This document shows positions 57,593 through 64,000 of a stretch of 64,000 bases of DNA, in pieces. Source of the DNA: Stappiaceae bacterium (GTDB lineage: Bacteria; Pseudomonadota; Alphaproteobacteria; Rhizobiales; Stappiaceae); NCBI GenBank assembly GCA_039976075.1, contig JBDWFY010000001.1, positions 159,920 through 223,919 on the forward strand. The letters are read 5' to 3'. The translations under genes and the position numbers were made by a program. Numbering within the stretch: the first letter of the stretch is position 1; each line of letters begins with the position of its first letter. The notes under the pieces are model-generated. The model was given only the letters and a program-made list of their open reading frames with translations, searched no databases and was not told where the DNA came from.

Positions 57593-58465
57593 ATGGAGGA
57601 TCCTGCAATGCTCGACACACTTGATCTTCGTTTTTCAGCCTTTGGGGATATTTTGGGAATATTGGAGATCGTTGGTCTTGTCTTTCTTGTCTTGATCCTC
57701 TCGGAAACGACATGGGATTTTTTAAGCGGGAAACGGCGGCGCTATCATGAAACGCTGGCAAACTTTTTCATCGCTTTCGGTTACTTTCTGCTGGAGCGAA
57801 CAGTTTACGGACTTGTGTTCGTCATCGGTCTGCTTGTTGGAGAACAATTTGCATTGTTCTCCATACCGATAACCTGGTGGAGTTGGATACTGGCTGTCCT
57901 TGTTGCCGATTTCACCTACTACTGGATGCACCGCATGGAACACGAAATCAGACTGTTCTGGGCCCACCACAGTGTTCATCATTCTTCGCCGGAGTTTAAT
58001 CTCACCACGTCCCTACGGCTTGCCTGGGTAGAAGGTCTTGTCGAGTGGATTTTCCTGCTACCGATGATCCTGATCGGTTTTGATGCCGTGCAAACACTTA
58101 TCGCATTTCTGATTGTGGTCTCTTATCAAACCTGGATTCATACGGAAAAAATCGGCAAGCTGGGATGGCTGGACAAAATTCTGAACACACCATCAGTTCA
58201 CCGGGTTCATCATGGTTCAAATGAAAAATACATCGACAAAAACTATGGTGGTGTGCTGATCATCTGGGATCGCCTGTTCGGAACCTACCAGGAAGAAGAG
58301 GAAAAGGTTGTTTATGGTGTCACAGAGCCAATCAACACCAGTAATCCCATCAGGATAAACTTTTACGAATATGGACAGATTATCAGGGACATCCGGCGAG
58401 CCAGGACACTACGCGAAGTCATGGGATTTCTGTTTAATCGACCCGGATGGAAACCAGATAAGTAA
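57593..58465 (+). CDS. Fatty acid hydroxylase superfamily / sterol desaturase-family membrane protein
   Basis: His boxes 'HRMEHE', 'HHSVHHS' and 'HRVHHG'. Confidence 0.7.
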   Translation: MEDPAMLDTLDLRFSAFGDILGILEIVGLVFLVLILSETTWDFLSGKRRRYHETLANFFIAFGYFLLERTVYGLVFVIGLLVGEQFALFSIPITWWSWILAVLVADFTYYWMHRMEHEIRLFWAHHSVHHSSPEFNLTTSLRLAWVEGLVEWIFLLPMILIGFDAVQTLIAFLIVVSYQTWIHTEKIGKLGWLDKILNTPSVHRVHHGSNEKYIDKNYGGVLIIWDRLFGTYQEEEEKVVYGVTEPINTSNPIRINFYEYGQIIRDIRRARTLREVMGFLFNRPGWKPDK

Positions 58466-58578
58466 GGGTTCGGATTTTGCTTGGCAGCATTGACGAGCCG
58501 TTGATCGGTCGGTTCAGGCCCGGGCCTCGCTTGAACCTATGGACCTGACTCGGATGGTTCCTGCAGGTGCCAAAATGT

Positions 58579-58613
58579 AAAAAAAGGCGCTTGGAACCAT
58601 CGTTCCAAGCGCC
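58579..58613 (-). terminator. Rho-independent terminator of the porin gene: GGCGCTTGGAAC-gatg-GTTCCAAGCGCC followed by U7 (minus strand)
   Basis: Perfect 12-bp stem with a 4-nt loop and TTTTTTT on the minus strand, 50 nt downstream of the omp stop. Confidence 0.7.
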
Positions 58614-58663
58614 GCAAGTTGCTGCTGCAATCGAAATAAAAAGGGTGCTAAAAGCTTCCTGTC

Positions 58664-59491
58664 TTAAAAGTGGTAGTTAACGCCAAGCCTGCCGACAAAG
58701 CCGGTGTTGTCGATTTCGTTTTCATAGTTGATAGCTCCCCCACCGAAGGCAGCGGCGGCTGCATTCGGAGTAGCCGTGGTACGGCTGTTTTCCAGATCAA
58801 AATAGAGACCGTCTAATTTGATCGAAAGACGTTCGGTTGCCATATATTCGGCTCCCGCTCCGGCCGTCCAACCAAACTTGAATGAGTCATCGGCGCCAGC
58901 CCACGCGAGCGTCGGGTTTAGAACCGAAGTGACGCTGGAGTCCGTTGAAACCTGACTAAAGGCAAGTCCGGCTGTGCCAAATACCATAAGTCGTTCCGAA
59001 GGTAGGAACCCCAGACGTCCTCGCAGCGTGCCGAAGTATTCGTACTTCCTACTAGCGCGTGTCGTAACTGCTGATGTCGGAAGTCCCCCGAAATTTGTTG
59101 ATGCACCAGTAAATTCATCGGAGCCGCTCATGTCTGTCAGCGCAATATCACCTTCAACACCCAATACAAATTGATTTATTCGCTGGTTATAACCAGCATT
59201 GAGACCGCCAAGTAGGCCGTTTGATTGCACGTCCAGACTATTGGGTACAAATGTAGGTGCCAAAGCGAGAAACGGTGCATTTCCTGTCGAGACGGCATCA
59301 TCTCCGGACCAGCCATAGCCAATGAATGCACCAATATAGAAACCAGTCCAGTCAAACTGCTGCGGCGCTTCTTCGACAATAACTTCTTCAAAAACCGGTG
59401 GATCAAGCGGCAGATCAGCAGCGGAAGCCACCGTAGGGGCCATCAACGCCAGAGTGACACCCATAAACAGGTGAGTTGTAGTCTTAACCAT
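58664..59491 (-). CDS. Outer-membrane beta-barrel protein of the Omp25/Omp31 (OmpA-like, OMP_b-brl) family
   Basis: Signal peptide 'TTHLFMGVTLALMAPTVASA'. Alternating amphipathic beta strands rich in Gly/Tyr/Phe. C-terminal 'GVNYHF' ends in Phe. Confidence 0.8.
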   Translation of the reverse strand: MVKTTTHLFMGVTLALMAPTVASAADLPLDPPVFEEVIVEEAPQQFDWTGFYIGAFIGYGWSGDDAVSTGNAPFLALAPTFVPNSLDVQSNGLLGGLNAGYNQRINQFVLGVEGDIALTDMSGSDEFTGASTNFGGLPTSAVTTRASRKYEYFGTLRGRLGFLPSERLMVFGTAGLAFSQVSTDSSVTSVLNPTLAWAGADDSFKFGWTAGAGAEYMATERLSIKLDGLYFDLENSRTTATPNAAAAAFGGGAINYENEIDNTGFVGRLGVNYHF

Positions 59492-59630
59492 CAAAGCTGC
59501 CTCGCAAATTTCTAAATTGAACAGTTCCACTGCAACAGTCTTTAATCAGAAAATTTGACGAAGATAACCAGTATTTAAAACATAATTTTCAATATAATTT
59601 AATAGTGACCTTGGGGCAACAGTAGAAATA

Positions 59631-59654
59631 TTTGATACATTTGATACATATCAA
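59631..59654. repeat. Tandem direct repeat TTTGATACA x2 followed by the inverted element TGATAcaTATCA, inside a 430 bp AT-rich intergenic region
   Basis: Read from the sequence tttgatacatttgatacatatcaata. The segment 59531-59961 is visibly far more AT-rich than the 55% GC background. Confidence 0.5.
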
Positions 59655-59961
59655 TATTATTTAAATGTACAATTGCCATAATTATTAATAAAAAGGTAAA
59701 ATAATTTCGAAAATTATTTCGTACCATATCGTTTACAACTCATATTTATATTATTGCAACGTGAAATGTTTGGAAATTATTGAATTATTACAGTCGTTAA
59801 ATAATCAGTGGGGAGAGAATTCGGTCCACTAATCGAAATTCTGTTGAAACGTCATTTGATATTGTTTCAGATGCATGTACCCAATGAGCGAACAGCTCGT
59901 AAGACTAGTGGCGTAATACGAACCAACCGGGTCCAAACACCTCCAGGCTGTCTCCAATTCA

Positions 59962-60861
59962 ATGAACAAAGCACTCAATTCAGAGAATCAGGCAGCGAAA
60001 GCCATCCTGTTGATGGCCGTCGGCATGTTGTTCATACCGCTTGGCGACTCGTTTGCGAAAATGGCCTCCAACGACACAACCTATTCTGCAGCGACACTTG
60101 CCTGGGCTCGTTTTGCATTGGGAACAATCATTGCGTTACCGCTGGCCCTCCTGTTCGGGCATCTCCGTGGCTTGACGAAACGGTTCTGGGGAACACAGTT
60201 GATACGGGCAGTCTTCTTATGTGCGACCATTGTTCAGATCATTACGGCTGTCAGTCTTATTTCCTTTGCCGATGCCTATGGCGCTTTCTTTGTCGGACCA
60301 ACTGTTACAACGCTCCTGGCACGATTTGTTCTGAAAGAGCAGGTTCGTCTTATTGAGTGGTGTGCTGTCGCAGCAGGATTTGTCGGCGTTCTGTTGATCG
60401 TCAAACCAGGCATCGACATGTCTGCTGGATTGATTTGGGCGCTCTCTGCAGGGTTTACCTACGCAGCATTTCTGACCGCAACCCGCTGGGGCCGTGCCGT
60501 CGGCCCGCCATTGGCGCAACTGGCCGGTCAACTGCTGATCGGCACTTTCTTGTTACTGCCATTTGCCATCGGCAACATCTCACCGGGTGCTTTACAATCC
60601 CCCGGCTTGTTGCTGGGATCGGGGTTATCTTCAGCACTGGGAAATCTGCTGGCGATCATGGCTCTGGGTTTTGCCCGGGCGGCAATACTCACACCACTTG
60701 TCTATGTCCAATTGATCGGAGCAACTTTACTGGGATGGTTTCTTTTCGGAACCATGCCCGACGTGATTTCAGCTCTGGGGCTGGCGATACTCGTCTCGAC
60801 CGGTATACTGCCATTCATTGTCTCTACCGCATCGGAAACGCGACCAATCAGAAAAAAGTGA
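59962..60861 (+). CDS. DMT-superfamily (EamA-like) transporter
   Basis: 10 TM helices and two EamA repeats. Confidence 0.85.
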   Translation: MNKALNSENQAAKAILLMAVGMLFIPLGDSFAKMASNDTTYSAATLAWARFALGTIIALPLALLFGHLRGLTKRFWGTQLIRAVFLCATIVQIITAVSLISFADAYGAFFVGPTVTTLLARFVLKEQVRLIEWCAVAAGFVGVLLIVKPGIDMSAGLIWALSAGFTYAAFLTATRWGRAVGPPLAQLAGQLLIGTFLLLPFAIGNISPGALQSPGLLLGSGLSSALGNLLAIMALGFARAAILTPLVYVQLIGATLLGWFLFGTMPDVISALGLAILVSTGILPFIVSTASETRPIRKK

Positions 60862-60970
60862 TCAAAACCTGACGATGTAATGGCGAGAGTTACAAGTTTG
60901 TTTTGAATTTGTTGAGAATTGAGCCGCCATTTTATCACCTGATCAAAAAAATCGAATCGGGAGCGTACCA

Positions 60971-62866
60971 ATGACAATTCGAAGCAGACTATTCTTGCTG
61001 GTTTTTGTCCTGACGGTTCCGATCGTTTTGTGCGCTGGCTGGATCATCTATTCGGGTTATCAGAACCTGGCGCGAAATACGGCCAAACTCGACAGTCTTG
61101 TGGCCGTCGAATCTCTCTGGAACGCCGGTGTAACTGCTGACACCGTTACCATTCCCGATGCCGCGTTCGCAGCTTATCCAGGTTGTTCGCCACAAAAAAT
61201 GGCTGATACCCGGTCTAAGGTGCTAGCTCAAGCGCATCTCTCAGTAACCTGTATCGGGCGCGAAGCCGGCCTGACATCCAACATGGCACAAACCACTGAT
61301 CAACTGGCAGAGCTTGTCTCCAATAAACTGCCGGACCTCGCCAAACGATCGGACGCTCTGATACGCAATGGCGAGAAGATTTCCGGCAAATCCGAACTGA
61401 GCCATTTTGACTCAATGCTGGTGCTGGTCGGCGCTGGGCAGTTCAAGGTTTTGGCAGATCACGTCAGTTCAGTGACAAAGAACAATCTGGACATCATTCA
61501 AGACGCCGAGGAGACCCCGCTGAGCAAAGCGGCAACTGTTTATCGCCAGGCGAACGGAAAACTGCAGGGTGCCGTCGCTCAGATCGCATCAAAGGTTGGA
61601 AAAGGTGCTGATGGCACAACGATAGACATGATGCCTTTGCGCGACCGGTCCGCGTCTTTTCTCTCAGCTGTCGATGGGTTATGGCGCGCTAGTCAGGCGG
61701 AGTTCATTGCGCTGTTGGAGGCGCGGATCTTCGAGCTCAAGATACGCATGTGGGGCGTTGCAGCCGGACTGGGTTTCGCTCTGATGCTTGCGTTTTCCAT
61801 TTCCTGGTACTTCAGTCAATCAATTCTGGGATGTATTCAGGCTCTCAATTGCGGAATCCGGAAACTTGCTGATGGGGATGGCGTTGAGGAAGACTTGCCA
61901 TTTTCGCAGGGCAACACTGAAATATCGGAGATCGCCCGAGCGGTTGGCTACTACCGCGACAAGACGATTGAATTTACCAGGGACCGTCAACGGCAGGAAG
62001 GCGTTGCAGCGGCAGAACGCCAAAAGCAGATCGATGCATTGATCGGCTGTTTCCGCACACGGGTCACCAATCTGTTGAGTGAAGTGGATGATGCGCTTGG
62101 GGATATGCGGGGGACGTCCGGCGCACTCGAAGATGTTGCCCAGAATGCAGACAGAAGGGCGCAGGATGCAGCGACGGCATCTGCGGGCGCGTCTGAAAAT
62201 GTGGATGCGGTTGCCAGTGCAACAGAAAACCTAGCTGTCGATATCGCCACGATCAGTCAACGCGCCCATAACGCGACCGACATCGCTCAGGCGGCCAACC
62301 GAAGTGCCGATGCCGCAAATACAGAAATCGAGAGCCTGTCGGAAATCTCAAACGCCATTGGCGACATTGTCTCGATCATTAATGCGATTGCTGATCAAAC
62401 CAATCTTCTGGCCTTGAATGCAACGATCGAAGCCGCGCGGGCAGGGGACGCCGGTCGCGGGTTTGAAGTGGTTGCCGGGGAAGTAAAAACACTGGCCGGG
62501 CAGACTGCCTCTGCGACGGAACAAATCACTGAGCAGGTTTCACTGGTACAGCAGCGCACCCTGCGTGTCGTCGATGCCATCCAGAAAATCATCTCCGATA
62601 TCGGCGAGGTGACGGATTGCACCACTCAGATTGCAACGGATCTGGAGGAACGCCGCCAGTCGACTGATGACATCAAGGGCAATGTCGTTCGGGCAGCCGA
62701 ACAAACCAGATCAGTGGTCAAAGATATGGCCTGTGTTGAAAAGGTTGCACAGGAATCCAGCTCCGCAGCGGTTGATGTCGGTTCGCGTACGGGCGATGTC
62801 GTCAAACGGACCGAAGATCTCAGGCTGGAAGTTAGAGAGTTTCTGGACAAAGTCGCGGCAGCCTGA
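60971..62866 (+). CDS. Methyl-accepting chemotaxis protein (2 TM, periplasmic ligand domain, HAMP, MA signalling domain)
   Basis: Highly conserved signalling hairpin '[35 protein letters not shown]'. Confidence 0.9.
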   Translation: MTIRSRLFLLVFVLTVPIVLCAGWIIYSGYQNLARNTAKLDSLVAVESLWNAGVTADTVTIPDAAFAAYPGCSPQKMADTRSKVLAQAHLSVTCIGREAGLTSNMAQTTDQLAELVSNKLPDLAKRSDALIRNGEKISGKSELSHFDSMLVLVGAGQFKVLADHVSSVTKNNLDIIQDAEETPLSKAATVYRQANGKLQGAVAQIASKVGKGADGTTIDMMPLRDRSASFLSAVDGLWRASQAEFIALLEARIFELKIRMWGVAAGLGFALMLAFSISWYFSQSILGCIQALNCGIRKLADGDGVEEDLPFSQGNTEISEIARAVGYYRDKTIEFTRDRQRQEGVAAAERQKQIDALIGCFRTRVTNLLSEVDDALGDMRGTSGALEDVAQNADRRAQDAATASAGASENVDAVASATENLAVDIATISQRAHNATDIAQAANRSADAANTEIESLSEISNAIGDIVSIINAIADQTNLLALNATIEAARAGDAGRGFEVVAGEVKTLAGQTASATEQITEQVSLVQQRTLRVVDAIQKIISDIGEVTDCTTQIATDLEERRQSTDDIKGNVVRAAEQTRSVVKDMACVEKVAQESSSAAVDVGSRTGDVVKRTEDLRLEVREFLDKVAAA

Positions 62867-62995
62867 CCATAAACTGTAGATGGGTGCACACGTGCCATCT
62901 TATCTGCTGACAGATCTACTGACCGTCAGTTCTCATTGAACCAATTTTACCATGCTTCCGGCATCCATATGGGAGCGACTGGTCTGGAGCCTCGG

Positions 62996-63739
62996 ATGGA
63001 TATTGAATCGCTGTGGATGTTGGCAGCGCTTGTCTTCCTCCTGGCCGGGGCCATAAAGGGACTCGTCGGAATAGGTCTGCCTACAGCGGTAATTGGCGTC
63101 CTTTCTCAGTTTACCGATCCTCGTCAGGCGATAGCGCTTTTGATCCTCCCCGTTCTGATTTCAAACATCTGGCAGGTTCACAAGAACCGGATGTTCAGAA
63201 AGTCATTGGTTTTGTTCTGGCCGTTTTCCATCACAATGGCTGTTGGCATCTGGTATTTCACACAATTTGCTGCTTCGGTTTCAAGCACAGTCTTATCGGG
63301 GCTGGTTGGTGGCGTGATGATGGTATTTGTCTTTGCGACCCTGTTTACGCAGCCTTTCTCGATCGCCAGTCACCTCGATAAACCGGTACAGATTTTCGCT
63401 GGATCCATTGCCGGAGTGATGGGAGGTCTGACATCTCTCTGGGCGCCGCCGATGTTGATCTATTTGATGTCCCAACCGCTCAAAAAAGATGAATTTGTCG
63501 GGGCACTGGGCTTTCTGATTCTCGCCGGCACCATTCCACTGGCGGGAGGATATATTCAGGCCGGTCTGACGTCTCCGACTGTTATGGTCTATTCCGCCGC
63601 GATGACGGTACCTACGCTTGTCGGAGTGTCGATCGGTGAATATGGTCGAAAATTCCTCAATGGCGATCAATTTCGCTCACTGCTTTTACTTATCTTTTTT
63701 CTTCTCGGCGCCAATTTGATCCGTATTTCGATCTTTTAA
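62996..63739 (+). CDS. TauE/SafE-family (sulfite exporter-like) membrane permease
   Basis: Eight-TM pattern with Gly-rich helices. The start is chosen at MDIESLW; 62936 or 62969 are also possible. Confidence 0.7.
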   Translation: MDIESLWMLAALVFLLAGAIKGLVGIGLPTAVIGVLSQFTDPRQAIALLILPVLISNIWQVHKNRMFRKSLVLFWPFSITMAVGIWYFTQFAASVSSTVLSGLVGGVMMVFVFATLFTQPFSIASHLDKPVQIFAGSIAGVMGGLTSLWAPPMLIYLMSQPLKKDEFVGALGFLILAGTIPLAGGYIQAGLTSPTVMVYSAAMTVPTLVGVSIGEYGRKFLNGDQFRSLLLLIFFLLGANLIRISIF

Positions 63740-64000
63740 TGAGATGGGCAAGACGATATTCAAGCAGAATTCTTCACGGATCGCTCACCGGGTTTTTATC
63801 TGAACGGTTACGTTTAACCGCTATATTACAGAGGAACCCTGACGTTGTCGGAACGCATGCTGAGCATTATTTTTGATAAATTGCGCCGTATCATCAACGC
63901 GCCTTTGACGCTGTGGCTCGTCCTTGCCTGGCCCTCATTGCCTGTATTGTGGGATTTTTACGAGAACAATCGGTATTTCGCGGAAATGATGAGCAATACC

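Noticed and set aside
62867-62935. Possible hairpin (AGATGGGTGCAC..GTGCCATCT) after the MCP gene
   Set aside because: The arms do not pair cleanly on inspection and there is no downstream T-run. Not convincing as a terminator.
1-64000. Search for CRISPR arrays, IS elements, integrases, toxin-antitoxin pairs and phage genes
   Set aside because: There are no regularly spaced direct repeats, no transposase or integrase-like translations and no obvious small two-gene TA cassettes. The window reads as core or accessory chromosome rather than a mobile element.

Overview
This 64 kb window is ordinary chromosomal DNA, most likely from an alphaproteobacterium. I infer this by eye from the roughly 55% GC content, an Omp25/Omp31-type porin, a TRAP-type malonate locus and an ECF sigma/anti-sigma pair. 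It is densely packed with about 65 genes, mostly for transport, regulation and small-molecule catabolism. I saw no transposase, integrase, CRISPR array or rRNA.

The modules I recognise, in order, are: (1) a sugar catabolic locus (gluconolactonase, GntR regulator, enolase-superfamily dehydratase, ABC transporter, short-chain dehydrogenase, mutarotase); (2) an ECF sigma/anti-sigma pair divergent from a secreted S8 peptidase that carries a ten-residue poly-Asp tract; (3) a BaeSR-like two-component system followed by a secreted YHYH-domain protein; (4) a low-GC stretch holding a Tat-rhodanese, an SGNH hydrolase and two tandem tRNA genes, followed by an SPFH-domain protein and small orphan ORFs; (5) a Ca/Mg-type P-type ATPase; (6) a complete but rearranged homolog set of the E. 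coli yjfIJKLMC (PspA/IM30-associated) cluster with a 2TM RCK-gated K+ channel inserted; (7) chrBA chromate resistance genes; (8) a matR / TRAP matPQM / matA / matB malonate locus; (9) a porin, an EamA transporter, an MCP and a TauE transporter.

The items most worth a second look are a DUF1611 gene translationally coupled to an ABC exporter whose ATPase domain is degenerate at every motif, the two odd tRNAs (one a type-I scaffold with anticodon UAG), the SPFH/Trypco2-like tRNA-proximal genes, and a strongly AT-rich 430 bp intergenic segment with tandem repeats next to the porin gene. All calls come from reading the translations and motifs by eye; no database search was run.
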